DNA of 62,008 nucleotides, filler included. It is 12 parts of 12 records of this genome, joined end to end, with 100 filler letters (N's around TTAATTAATTAA, not from the genome) between each part and the next. Parts side by side here need not be neighbours in the genome. Positions count along the whole stretch, not along the records: positions 19,206 to 25,582 come from SRR7504441_3589; positions 25,683 to 28,950 come from SRR7504441_3598; positions 29,051 to 33,633 come from SRR7504441_3603; positions 33,734 to 36,754 come from SRR7504441_3616; 8 more parts are not named here. One strand, 5' to 3'. Made by a program: the position numbers and the translations under genes. Each line of letters opens with the position of its first letter. The first letter of the stretch is position 1. Positions 21,568 through 33,957 of this stretch are shown here, piece by piece. The notes beneath the pieces were generated by a model that saw nothing but the letters and a program-made list of their open reading frames with translations, was not told where the DNA came from and did no database searches.

Positions 21568-22431
21568 TCAAAGCATGAACGGCAGCAGCGCCTTCCTATG
21601 CTTCGGATAGTCCGCAAATCGGTCCAAGTACCATTGATGGGTGGTGAACGCCCGCGGGACCAGATTCCCTAGTGAGATCATGAGAACCGGGAGCGCCGTC
21701 GGGCTCCAGGTCATCAGGCTGAATCCGGCCCAGCAGAGCAGCTCGCCCAAATACTGCGGGCTTGACACCAGCTCAAAGCCGCCCCCATACGGGATTTTGT
21801 ACCGCGCTGCTGCAGAGCTGGGGTTTACGCTCCGGAGATTCCTCATAACGTACTCGGAGTGGATCGTAAGCCAAAACCCAAACTCGTACACCGTCACCCC
21901 TGAGATGAACCGGCTGTCACGGAACCAATCGCTGGTGAGGTGGCTGCCGTGAAGGCTGAGCAGTCGTCCGTTGAGGTAGCCATGCAAGGCCGTGAACAGG
22001 GCCCCTACCATCGAGTTGGCCAGCGCGAAAGAGGCCTTGGCCCCGGGGGCCGCCCGGATGGAGAGTGGGAAGAACCAGCCTCGGTTGAAGTAATGCCGTG
22101 CCCAGACCGCAAACAGGAACAGTGCCACACGCCGGTCAGGCGCCCCAGCTCTGCGGGCCCGCCAGCCGGCCGCCCACGACCAGAGGAAGCAGACAGTGGC
22201 GGGCAGCTCCATTAGCCACCAGCCCAGCCGCGGGTTGAGCGACACGCCCGCCTTGGGAGTGGCGAATCGTCCGTAAGGCGCCTTGCCTTGGAACTTGGCA
22301 GCAGCCATGCTGAGTGCCGCCGCGACCAGCGTGAAGCTAAGAACCCGGTCGAACGTGCGGTCGGTGCCGGTGTAACGGAAGAGCCGGTCCCGCCAGCTCG
22401 GCTCTGGCTCAACCCTGGTGTGCTGTTCCAT
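21568..22431 (-). CDS. Steroid 5-alpha-reductase (SRD5A/DET2) family membrane protein, intronless
   Basis: APYGRF, GWWLMELPA, HYFNR, IHSEYVMRNLR, YKIPYGGGFELVSSPQYLGE, NLVPRA..HQWY..F.DYPKHRKALLPF. Confidence 0.92.
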   Translation of the reverse strand: MEQHTRVEPEPSWRDRLFRYTGTDRTFDRVLSFTLVAAALSMAAAKFQGKAPYGRFATPKAGVSLNPRLGWWLMELPATVCFLWSWAAGWRARRAGAPDRRVALFLFAVWARHYFNRGWFFPLSIRAAPGAKASFALANSMVGALFTALHGYLNGRLLSLHGSHLTSDWFRDSRFISGVTVYEFGFWLTIHSEYVMRNLRSVNPSSAAARYKIPYGGGFELVSSPQYLGELLCWAGFSLMTWSPTALPVLMISLGNLVPRAFTTHQWYLDRFADYPKHRKALLPFML

Positions 22432-22475
22432 CTCTCGATTTTAACGGAACTCATCATCATGCATCTGAGCAGCTC
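22432..22475. promoter_or_regulatory. Minimal bidirectional promoter with TAACGGAA
   Basis: 44 nt between divergent ATGs; motif at 22442-22449. Confidence 0.5.
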
Positions 22476-25146
22476 ATGAGCTGCTGCGGAAGTCTGATGC
22501 GGGGCCACTCACTGCCGGCGCTCGCGCTCTTGCGCCTGCTACTGGTCACCTGCAGTGCTGCCAACGAGCCGGCCTGCCCCTGCGCCGCGTGCCCGTGCCC
22601 CGAGCGGAGCCTGCTGCCCCGCACCTGCGCTGCCGGATCCGTCGCGCACGGGCTGCCCTTTTGCGACGCGACCCAGCCGATCACGGCGCGCGTGGCCGAC
22701 CTGCTCGCCCGGTTGACGCGACAGGAGAAGATCTCGCTGATCGAGCGGGCGGACACGGGCTTCCTCCCGCGGCTGAACCTGAAGGAGTTCAACTTGTACA
22801 ACACCTGCCTGCATGGCTGGGCCACCAGCAACGTAACCAGCTTCGGGATGAACATAGGCCTGGCCGCCTCCTTCGACCTCGACCTGATGCGGCAGATCGG
22901 CGAGGTGGTCGGCAGTGAGGGCCAAGCGCTGAGTCAGCGCGACTACAGCGCCAGCTTCAACAACCAGCTTAAGCTGTACGGAGTAGCGTACAACTGTAAG
23001 TCTCCTTGGCGGGGGCGGGCTGAGCCGGGCTGCAGGGGGGGTGTGCAAGGACTCGTCTGAGGTGAACATGGCGCGCGATCCTCGCTGGGGCAGAGTGTCT
23101 GAGACTTACGGGGAGGACCCGACCCTTACTGGTACTATGGGTGAGGTGTTCACACAGCAGCTCCAGAGGCCGGATCCCGCAATCGACTTTCTTCGGGTCG
23201 CCGCGGTCACGAGGCATTCGGTTGTGTACAGCGGACCTGAATCTCTGTGCTCCGACGCAATAGCGCCCGGATGCAGCGGCTGGAAGCCTACCGAACCGGA
23301 GCGCTCGACCACGCAAGGGGGCTACCAAACTAGATTCGCATTCGATGCGACCGTAAGCGAACGAGACCTCGAAGACTATTTCTATCCCGCTTTTGAGGCT
23401 ACAATCTCTCGGAAGCGCGGTGCAAGCGCAGGTGTGATGTGCAGTGATGCGGCCCAAAATGGCGTGCCTTCCTGTGCCTCTTCGCTGGTGATGACACAGA
23501 AACTCAGGGACTGGAATGCCTCGGATGGCTTCTTTACAATTAGTGACATGGGTACCTACTGGAACGTCTTTGCTGCGCACAAGTACGAGAATAGCACAGC
23601 GCAGGCCCTATATGAGGGGCTTGGCGCCGGCCTGAACATCCTGTACGAACGCGATGGGAAGAAATGTGCGCCATACAACGTCAATTGCTCGTGCGTGACG
23701 CCGCAGAACCAGTCCTGCACCATCTCGCAACAGGCCGCCGAAACATTTGCCGCTCTGAATGCCGCCACCGACGGCACAGTCAGCGATCCGCGCTTTGGGC
23801 TAGAGCAGCTTGACTCCAAGGCAGCAGTTGTGCTACGTGTCCGCTTCTCGCTCGGTGAGTTCGACGAGACTGCGGCCAACTATCAGAAGCAGCCCAAACC
23901 AGCGTCCGTGATTCACTCCGCTGCGCATCGTGCGGTCGCGCGGCGGGCAGCGGGACAGGCCGTGGTGCTCGTTAAGAATAGCGACAGACTGCTGCCACTC
24001 AATAAGTCGGCGACGCACAAGCTTGCTCTCATTGGTCCGTGGATGCGGCCTGCGCTGCAGCCGCCAGTGAAGAACCAGAATGGTCGGTCTCTATCATACG
24101 TGCACACCTACGCCAACGAGCAGGGCGTGGAGGTGGACTTTCTGACTGGGATCCAAGCTGCGGTGAATGCCACCCAGCTTGGCACCGACATCCTGTTCGA
24201 GCACGGCTGCTTCATCGAGAAGCCGATCCCAGGGCAGGAAGACTACGCTCCTGCCATTGCCGCCGCAAAGCAAGCCGACGTGACAGTGATTGCCCTGGGC
24301 CTCTCTGAAAACATCTGGGACGCGCATGGCGTCGGCGGTGAGATGGAGGGGCGCGATAGGATCTCGCTAGACCTGCCGCAGGTGCAGCTCGATCTTCTCA
24401 AGGCCGTCCGCAAGGCGGCCAACAAACTCGTCCTGGTCATTGTATGCGGCTCCGCCGTGCGCATCGACGAGGCGCTCGCTGACTCGGCAGTGTATGCGCT
24501 CTACGGAGGCGAGGAAGCGGGCAACGGGCTAGCGGACGTGCTGTTTGGCAGTGTTCCGCCCTCGGCACGGCTGCCGTTTACAGTCTTCAACTCGACCGCG
24601 CAGCTGCCGCTGATGAAGGACTATAATCTGACAGCAAGCCCCGGCCGCACTCATCTGTACTACGACGAAAGTGCTGGCCCGCCGCAGCACTGGTTCGGGT
24701 TTGGGCTCAGCTACGAGCAGGTTGTGTACAGCGGTGCGAGTGCCCGCTTCGACAACACATCATGCTCACTTAGCGTGCAAGCGTCTATCAGCCGTGCGGA
24801 CACAACACTCGGTGCATCAGCCAGCGAGGTATCACAGCTCTATATTAGTGCACCACCTCAGACAAATCTGCCTGCCGCAAAGTGGGCACTGCGCGGTTAC
24901 ACACACACGGAGCTGGGTGCTGCACCGACACAACTCAACTTCAACTTGAACGCGTACGACCTCTCGACGGTGCTGCCCAATGGCTTACGTAAGGTTTTTG
25001 GCGGTGATTACGAGCTGAGGATCGGTGGTTGTCACCCGCGCGAGCCTTCACGCGATGACCCGATTAAAAGTTGTGGCTCAACGAGCACGACTGTTACCTT
25101 GGAGCAGATGATTGCGTGCCCGGTGGCGTTGCAAGAGCGTTGGTAG
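22476..25146 (+). CDS. Secreted GH3 beta-xylosidase/glucosidase-like enzyme, 2 exons
   Basis: PFCD..RVADLLARLT.QEK; NMARDPRWGRVSETYGEDP; ISD nucleophile; VLVKN..LPL; EGRDR..L.LP; GNGLADVLFG..PSARLP; FGFGLSY. Intron 22996-23035. Start may be 22497. Confidence 0.9.
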
Positions 25147-25582
25147 CTACATTTTATTCTTCCCGATACATGTAGCTTCTTCGCTTCTCATACGCTTCTT
25201 ACATGTAAAATTTTAACAGTATTCCACCGGCCGCAATTCTGCCGCAATTCAGTAGTATAATGATAATATTAAATTCCGCTAGTATTCCGCCTTGAGCAGT
25301 AGTCTCAGACGTTCTCGAAGGGCTGAATGTCCCCCCAAATCGCTCGCACCGGCAACTCCCCACCGAGGTACCATAGCACCTGCCTTTCGCACTCAGCGCC
25401 CTACACGCCTACAGTCGTATGGGCAAGGAGCCCTTCCACAAAGCTGAGCTCGAAGGGTCCGTTGATTCAAAACAACGGATAGACGTTTGGACCGATTTTC
25501 TTCGCTCGTCGATATCGTCAGCTGGCAATGCTGGCTACACAATTGCTCGGTGCTCTGATGCTTCTCTCCGTCGGCACCATCG

Positions 25583-25682
25583 NNNNNNNNNNNNNNNNNN
25601 NNNNNNNNNNNNNNNNNNNNNNNNNNTTAATTAATTAANNNNNNNNNNNNNNNNNNNNNNNNNNNNNNNNNNNNNNNNNNNN
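25583..25682. other. Artificial contig-joining spacer
   Basis: N44-TTAATTAATTAA-N44. Confidence 0.98.
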
Positions 25683-26335
25683 TTGGGTGCACTCGGCTTG
25701 ATGTCATCAAGTGACGACTATCAGAAATGGCCTTCCAGTAGTGTGGCTGAGGCAGGCCATTTCTGGCTTCTTGGAGACAACTGGGAGACGTCGGTCATCT
25801 TTTCCGTCGTATACTCTCAGTTCATTACTAGTGGAATGATTTTCTCATTCGGGTCTCACTGGCGCAAGGTTTGTCCCCGGTCATGGTGGCTAGCTCTAAT
25901 GCATTTGGACGCAGGCTGTCTGCTGCAACTGGATGCTTACAGTATTCTGGGCAATCATGTTTGGCTTTACATCTTTCCTACTTCTTGCAGACGCCAACGA
26001 CGTGTCTGATGTGCACTCGTGCGCCCGTTCAATGCTGACTCTACCTGCAGGTGTTTCACATGGCCAGTTCGGCATTCGGACCAGGCACTCGATTCGAGTC
26101 GCCTATTTGGGCTGCAGCTGGCAAGACATCGAAGGCCATGCCAAGTTCTTTGCGTTGGGAGCTCTGGGCTATGATTGTGGCATCTATGATCTGCACGGCG
26201 AGCTGGGAAAAGGTGAATCGTTGTGCCTAAGTGCACCCACTTGAGCACGGGCTATGGCAGGTCGTAGTGCTCGGGCCTGTGAGGGACTATTGCAAGGCAA
26301 AGTATAGCAAGCCAGGTGTCTCGTTGAAGCTCTAA
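25683..26335 (+). CDS. C-terminal membrane part of a probable P5-type ATPase (5' partial, multi-exon)
   Basis: DNWETSVIFSVVYSQF..FSFGSHWRK.VCCN; MPSSLRWELW..SWEK-VVVLGP; three ~40-nt introns. Confidence 0.6.
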
Positions 26336-26429
26336 AGTCGATACGAGTAACCTACTCATACAAATCGTACTCGTAGACGTATACGAGTACCTACTGTTTA
26401 AATATTAGTTGAAAGCTGCTAAGTCTCTA

Positions 26430-27091
26430 CTAAGTCTCTTCTAGATCTATCTCGGGTATCTCGAACGGAAAGTCGGCCGCTCTCATTTGTTGTAGTAACT
26501 CCGGGGCGTGTTGCTCGGTGTCCTCAAGATCGTGCTTGGCTGCCTCCCAGAGCGCCGCCTTGGCTAGCTGCATGTCAGGTGCTGCTGGGTCCATCGGAAA
26601 GACGATCACTTTCGTGAACCCAGCACTTCGCTTCCGATGCTCCTCATAGCACTCTTCCTCTTCGTCTTCCTCTTGCTCTTCGTCCTCTTCGTCCTCTTCG
26701 TCCTCTTCATCCTCCTCGTCCTCCTCGGACTGCGGATGCAATCCCCGGCCCCGAGACAACACCCAGTCGCCCACTAACCGGACTGACAGCAGTAGCCTGC
26801 AATTGTCTTCAGCCCGTGCATGCACGCCGCTGACCACCCCTCGGCCTCGGCAGTAAGCCTTTGAGTACCCCTGTGTGCACACTGTCGGCAGGCGCACGCC
26901 AGGGCATGCACCTCGGAAGATTTGTAGCGGAACCGGCCCGCCTCCACCAACAGCAATTGGCAGTACCTGCCCACGTACAACGTGTACAGACCATCGGGCA
27001 GCTCTGCAGCGTCACTCGAGTCCATCGCCTCGTTCGCCTCGTCCAGTCGCAACAGCTCGAAGCTCGCCTCGTCGAAATCACTCAATCCCAT
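26430..27091 (-). CDS. Hypothetical protein with an acidic E/D tract
   Basis: ORFs 26774-27091 and 26430-26897 join through a 41-nt GT-AG intron; (EED)n tract. Confidence 0.5.
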
Positions 27092-27307
27092 GGGCGCGCG
27101 CTGCCGACCTGCCCCTGCTTGCCTCAGGCGTCAGCTGCAAGGTCACCCGGCCCCTGACCGAGTCGCCCAGAGCGCAGCCCCTCTCCGGCCCGGCCTGCTT
27201 GGGGCGCTATTATAATAAAAAAAAGTTGGCGTTTCTGCCGTTGCTAATCGCGCTCTGCGTTGCCGAGAACAGAGGGGGAGAGTGTACCACCGGCTACTGC
27301 TTCGGAG

Positions 27308-28950
27308 ATGTCTACGCGTGGGCGAGCGCATAGCCGGTCGCGCTTGATCAGCCCGGTGAGCCGACTGCCCCCTGCGCCGGTTCACGTCCTGACCATCCGC
27401 TCTCTAGGGCCGGCGAAAGCGCGCTGAGGTTGGACGCCAGGTAGGACTTACCCCCACCCCACCCCCCGCCCCCTGGGCCACTCCTGGGGGCGCTGCGTGC
27501 TTATATACATGGCGCTCACGTGCAGCGCCGATCGCCCCCCTTCGTTCGCGACCGCCGCCCCGGCCGGTTGGCGGCGGCAGCCCCCGGAGCTAGCTCTGCG
27601 ATATATGGCTGGCGCGACCCTGGCGGGCCCCGTCCGGTGGTTGATTGATCTGGGTTGTGCAGGCCGAAGCCGTGGTCTCCGCAGAGGTCGAGCTGATGGT
27701 GAGTTAGCACCCACGGGCACAGGGAGAACCGGAGGGGGGTACCGGGCCGCTCTAGTTTCGCCAGTCCTTGTACCATCATAACCTGGCCCTGCCCAGCCCC
27801 CGCACTTCTTGGCCCAGCTGCCCGTGTACCTCGCGGCCCTATCCTCGGCTGTACTGTTTGCGTGCTGCCGGGCCAGTATGGGACACTGAAGGTGCGGGAT
27901 CAGGCCGAGGCGGCTGGCGTGCCGGCAGACCAACTGCCGGACATGGATCAAGCAGCCGAGCTGAGCTCCAACGTCTTTACGATCTTGTGCAACGGCAGCG
28001 ACCTTGTGCCAATCGAGAGATTCCGCGAAGCTGCCCAGGTGGCTGGCCGGTGCTGAACGAGCTGAGTGCTCCACTCTGTCAGACATGCTTCGAGCTGAGT
28101 GCGGTGGAGAACGCCCTGGACAAGGCCCGCGACGCGTCTTCCGAAATGGGAGATGCCAGCCAGGGGACGGCCGATGGCATCTCCCCGTTCGAGTTCAAAG
28201 TATGGGTCGTGTGCGTGATGAAGGGCTGCTACCAGCCTGCCAAGTTTAAATATGCCGGCAACCAGCTCGTCAAGGGCGTCGCGAAGTTCGTCGAAGCACA
28301 TCCGGCACCGAGTAATGACCACGGCCATTCGGAGGTAAGTGCAGAGGTGGCCTCGTTCAATCAAGCTATGCAGAGCACTGCCGATGCGCCTGAGGAGGAA
28401 GAGCAGTCTCCAGTCCTGCCTGAGCCTGAGACGCAGCCCGAGCCTGAGACCGCCCCTGCACCAGTTGTGGCGACGCCAGACTCAGAAGCCAAGAGAGATA
28501 GGATTAAGGCAGCGACAGAGGAGGCAAGAGAGCTTCTGAAGGCTGCAGCGGAGGCGCAGGCCGAGGGAAATAATTATGCTCAAGCCGAAAAGGAAAGCGC
28601 CGCTGAAGCCAAGAAGGCCCAGGAGATCGAGGAGCGCCAGCTCGCCCGGGCTGCTGCGATGAGTCGGCCGATTGAAGCCAGTTCGAAGCCCGTGTCGAAG
28701 CCAGGAACCGGGCCCGCAGGTGCAGTGCTGGAATCTGCTGTGAGCAGGGCAACGCAGCAGGCATCTGCCCTGGAGCATCTGATACAGCAAGAGGCGGAGA
28801 GGAAGAAGAGGGCCAAGGAGCGGCTCGAGGCTCTGGGTGGCAAGGCCGATCTGATTGTAGCGTCCACAGAAGCTGCCACAAAAGCAGACCAGGAGCCTGC
28901 CGAGAAGGAGCCGCTCTGCCATATCAATGGTCTGCCTGTGTATGAGGATA
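27308..28950 (+). CDS. Hypothetical A/E-rich protein (5' exons uncertain, 3' partial)
   Basis: Long open frame 28083-28950 with upstream short exons; possible degenerate EF-hands. Confidence 0.45.
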
Positions 28951-29050
28951 NNNNNNNNNNNNNNNNNNNNNNNNNNNNNNNNNNNNNNNNNNNNTTAATT
29001 AATTAANNNNNNNNNNNNNNNNNNNNNNNNNNNNNNNNNNNNNNNNNNNN
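28951..29050. other. Artificial contig-joining spacer
   Basis: N44-TTAATTAATTAA-N44. Confidence 0.98.
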
Positions 29051-29570
29051 GAGGGTGGTGTTCTTGAGTGTAAACAGCGGAGATCTTGAGCGTTTGTGGA
29101 CCTCGGTGTCGCTGTCGTCGTGCTCAAAACTGATACTAAGCGATTGATGGTCCTACAACACCCAACACGGTACCTCCACCTGCACTGCGCCTCCGTCACG
29201 CTCCGTCCTCCCTGCGCTCCTCTTCCTCCATCGCTGTGCAAAAGGGATCGTCCATGAGCGTCCACTCCCCCGGCGAGTCCTCGCCTCCTTGTACAAAGCC
29301 CCTCAGCCTTGCAAAATTAATGGCTCGATTGGCTCCGTACGCTCCGTATCAGTCGATCGCCGTGCGCCGTACGTACCACCATTGACGACGGAGCACTCCC
29401 CTGTCAACTGCCACAGTCGCACCAGATGGTACGGCACCGCCATCCTGTCCAATGCCAGAACCAGACGTCCTTCCATCTGTGGCGAATCGAAAGCATGCTT
29501 CTTGTCTTCATCTCCTATCCAGAGGTCCTTGCGGTACTGCCAGCAGTGCTAGCACCACTTGTGTCACCAT
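29051..29570 (-). CDS. Possible 5' part of a small-exon hypothetical gene
   Basis: ATG at 29570 and several intron-sized segments give plausible coding pieces; the structure is not uniquely resolved. Confidence 0.25.
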
Positions 29571-29660
29571 TCACAAATAGAATCTTGTTTATTATAGGTA
29601 GAACTCAGATTCATGAATTTTAATAAATGTGTTGACAATGATCTAAAAAGCTCATGACAA

Positions 29661-32600
29661 TCATTTCTGTTTCTTCCCCTTTGCGTTTTGCTTTGCATTC
29701 CGCTTCGCTTTCTCCAATCCCGGAGCGCTCACTTTCGAGTCGCTCACCTGCGGCGCCATGCTCAGAACAGCTATCTAGCCGACGTAGACGCACCATGACA
29801 GCGATCGCCTCTTGGTCGGGTATGGTGCGGACCAGCTCGCGCTCGCGCTGCGTGCAATCACCCTGACCCGTGAACAATGCCAGTGCTTGCTTGGTTGCCT
29901 TGCCCCGCTTCTGCGTGCCTGGCGTCACCTTCACCTGCAGCACCAGTGACGGCAGCAAAGCCTGCAGCCCGCCTTGAACTTGTACTTGGCAAGTGCAGTG
30001 TATGGCGCGCAGATAGCCATTGCGAAGTTGACTGTGTCTTGCGCAGTCGGGGCTGCAGTGAGGAACCGCACCTGCTCTGCCGACAGCTTATCAGCATCCT
30101 GCTTGGAGAGGGTGGTGATCCCCTCTTCCTCCAGCAACATGCGCACCTGCGCACCATTCAGCCATCTCCGCTAGTCAAGCACCTCAAGTGCTTCCTTGTC
30201 TCGGATTGCGCGCTTCTCGGCTGGGGTGAGCCGCCGCCATTCCCCATCTTCCTCAACCCACCCAGCTCTATCTTCCATCGACCAGGCAGCCTCGGCCTCG
30301 CCATCAGCTCCATCTGCGGTCTCTGGTGGTCCTGTCTCCGCGGCGCTGACTGGCTTGGAGTTGGGCCTGGTTTTGCTTGGCTTGTGCCCGAGCAGCTCCA
30401 TTCGGAGCGCGCGCTCATCCTCGTCCTGATCGGCGTATTTGCCCTTTAATTTCTTCTTCTGGCCTCGCTTACCCCGAACTGGGTCAGGTTGCTTTGGCTC
30501 TGGCTCTTCCTTCGGCTGCCACCAGGGTAAATCGGGGCATTAAGGAAAGGCTGAGTTGCACCTTTTCTATTTGCTCTGTCGCCTTTTCAGTGGCAGCGTT
30601 GGCCATAAACTCGGCAATCTCCTCTGTGCTCATCCCCTTCTTCCTCAACTGCCTCTCCTTCTTAGACATGCGCTTGGAGCCGTCACGTTTCTGCTGAGGT
30701 TTCTGCCGACACACCATTACCCACAGGCATTGAATTGTGGCACCTCGCTTTCTTCTATATCTTTCATCACTTGGTGCCTGAGTGAAGGATCTACCGACAA
30801 CAGCACTGCGTCACCGTATTTATCCTTAGTAGCAGCCGTGTTATTGTCTGGAATTCCTAGCGATATACCCCCTTCTTGCTGGTCATCGGAATTGGCATCA
30901 TCCTGCTGCCCATCGGTCCGACTGTCCACCTCTCCCTCGACAGCATCACTTTGACGCTCTGATTCAGATTCGCCCACCTGGGCGCTATCCTGTGTCTCCC
31001 CAGCGCTGTCAGCCTCCTCAGTCGAGCCACTCAGTGGCGGCTCTCTGATCTCCTCAACACAATCCTTCTCCTCGTCCCCATCATTGTCGACAGCACTGTC
31101 CTCCTGTGGCGCCTGCTCCTCATCCTCACTTGCCTCTGCCATTTCCTCCTCCGGCTCCTCTTCGTCCCTGACACTGCGCATACCAAGCTCGCCGGCTGCC
31201 CCAGCGTCCACTCCAGCTTCGAGCTTTGACGCAGCATAGGCCTTCCACTCGCCCTGGTGGTTGGCCAGCGACCCCTCGTCCAGCGAGAACAGCAATCCAA
31301 ACCCCAGCTCAAGCCTCGAAGGGGGCAGATAATTCTTCTTGCCTCGAATCTGAAAATTACAAGAGTCCAGTCAATCGCACAAAGCTGCGGTGGCTCACCA
31401 TGAAACTGCCCGTGGTGAGATATTCCCCTGAAGGCGCAGTTTTTGAGACTTGGTCTGGATAAACCCAATAAGCACTCGTTACAACCTTGGAACTCCATGC
31501 ATTACTTCTACAAATCGCCATCGCCCCCGCTTGCTCCATTGTCGCAGGTGGAATCGGCCCCGTGCCAGTGTTCTTGACCACGCACGAGGCAGCTCCGTGC
31601 AAATCGGCATGCACGTACACATCGTGAGCCTCGAGGTGCCTTTTGACTACAACCTCATTCTGCTGAGCATCATGCCCAGCAATGACAAGATAACCATCCG
31701 ACGAGACAAACCAGAAAAACTTTTCAAACCAGTAGACTTTCCTGATCGAAGTCACATGTGCCGTGATTTTGTCCTTTCGGAGTGCTGCCTCAGCTTTGGC
31801 CTCCGCTGACTTGATCCCCTTATCTGTTGCCAGCAGAGTCTTTTCCTTCTTGGCATCGGCGCCCTTCCGATTCGTGTACCTGCCTCGCGCATTTGCGAAC
31901 GCGCCCATGCTGATGTCCAGCTCCACCAGCAGCGGCTCCTCGTCGTCGTCGCTATCCTCATGAGGATCGTCCAGCTCCAACACGATCTGATTCTCAGCAA
32001 AGTTCACCTGCACTCGAGCTCAACTGCTGCGCCGCCACTCAACACCTTCTTGATCATGCAGGCCAACGGATTGCCGCGGCTGGCCTCGTCCTGAATCAAG
32101 TCCCAGAGCGATTCCCAGCCCATCCCCTGCCCGGCCGGTCAGTCTGCTGCTTGCTCGACTCTCTGCCACCTGTGCCAAGTATGACTGGACAACTTGGATC
32201 GCGCTGTCGACCAGCGAATGGTTGAGCTCGATCAGCATGCCCTTGCGCTCATTCAGCGCAGCCACCGCCCCCAGCTGCTCTAGCTGCTTGGCCTGAGCCG
32301 CTTTGACTTTATCGACCTTTGCTATTGCGTCCGCCTGACAGCAGCTCAGTCCAACTGCCTCAATGCCTCCACCTGCTGGGCCGCCTTCTGGGCTGCAATC
32401 CGCTGGGACTCAATCTCAGCGAAGAAAGTATCGATCGCGGCCCCAAACGAGCCGAATTTCCTGTGCTCCACCCCGTCGTACTGCCGGTACAGCGCAGGCA
32501 GGAACTCATCAAACACAAGAGGCGGCTCCTCGCCAGCCAGCCCTCGCTTGGCTTGTTTGAGCGTCACAAACCCCTGGTCCACACCGCTCGGGCCGGCCAC

Positions 32601-33604
32601 CGGCGAGCGGCACCTTGGACACCACCCCGGCCGTCTCTGCCACTAAGCTGTCTGCCTCCTCCAGGCACGGGAGCAGCAGCGCAGTGAGCTCGGCCTGGCC
32701 TCCGTGCTCCTCGACCAATGCCGCCACCTGTCCTCATTGACCGGGCGCTGGGTCCGAGCTGCACCTTGGCTCCCATCCGGAGCTCCAGCACGGCGAGACA
32801 GTGCGTGAGCAGAGCATTCCCGTAAACTGTTGTGCTGCCCAGCATCTGCTTGAGGCTGATCAAGTTGTCCGCCGCGGCCTCGGCCACCATCCCGGCCAGC
32901 CGCTCCTGCCCGGCCGGCTCCCGCGGATCCAGCCGGGTCCGGCCACCATGGTCATCGGGTGGTGCTCCCGGACATTTTGGTGCACATCATACAGGTCGCC
33001 CACTGTCCTCTGGTGCACCTGCGCGCCCGTTGGCCGCGGGCAGCCCCGACCGACCTACCTCATCGGGGGCGTGCTGCCGGAGCACGTGCATGATCTTGTA
33101 CTGGGCGTCGGTCATGATGATGTTCCCCATTCCGTACAACTCAAGCAGCAGGTGCACCTCCGCCTGTCCGGGCTCCCCCGCGGCCAGACCGGGACCACCT
33201 CGCCCCCGCCAAAGCACATGTCCACCACCCGGTCCATCCCGAGCTGCCGCACCTCCTCCAGCCGCTTGGTCCTGATCTCTTTACGCAGCTGCCCCAGCCT
33301 GTGGCTGACCGGGCAGTCCCGCGGGCACCTTGATGCAAAAGTTGTTGGGCGTGTCGGCCTTGTCGCGGGCAAAGCTGGTAGTGTGGAGCCGGACGCCAGA
33401 CTCCACCAGGATGAAAACCTTGGGCCGGTCTGGAGCCGCCAGCTTGAATAGGTACAGCTGCGCCCCCGCTGGCCCCCGCCGGCTGGTCAGCCCGGTCACC
33501 TTGCTGTTGACGTCGTAGATGTTTGCCACTCGCATGCCGAGGCAGCCGCGCATCTCGGCCACGACGGCCGAGACGTCCAGCCCGGTCATCCGCGTCTTGG
33601 GCAT
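29661..33604 (-). CDS. NEMF: Ribosome quality-control factor NEMF/Rqc2; intron-rich
   Basis: [125 protein letters not shown]. Confidence 0.95.
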
Positions 33605-33633
33605 TTTGGATGGCCCGACTATGCCCGACTCCC

Positions 33634-33733
33634 NNNNNNNNNNNNNNNNNNNNNNNNNNNNNNNNNNNNNNNNNNNNTTAATTAATTAANNNNNNNNNNN
33701 NNNNNNNNNNNNNNNNNNNNNNNNNNNNNNNNN
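33634..33733. other. Artificial contig-joining spacer
   Basis: N44-TTAATTAATTAA-N44. Confidence 0.98.
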
Positions 33734-33957
33734 TTATCTAGTACGGACCTAGACCTTGCCTCGTGCCTTGAGCAACACTCTCTGCTCGCTTACTTGTCGC
33801 TCAGAGGTCTGGGTTCGTTCGGAATCTTCAGATAAAACTGGCACACTGCTGACTGCAACTGTGGCTCCGGATCAACGGTCCTGAAGGGCGCTACAGCACT
33901 GTAGAGTGCACCGGGCCGGAAAAGCCGCTGCGCAGCAAGCTGCCGCCTGTGGGAGCA

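Noticed and set aside
26650-26730. (TCC/TCT/TCG)n tract as a non-coding satellite
   Set aside because: It encodes an in-frame E/D tract on the minus strand.
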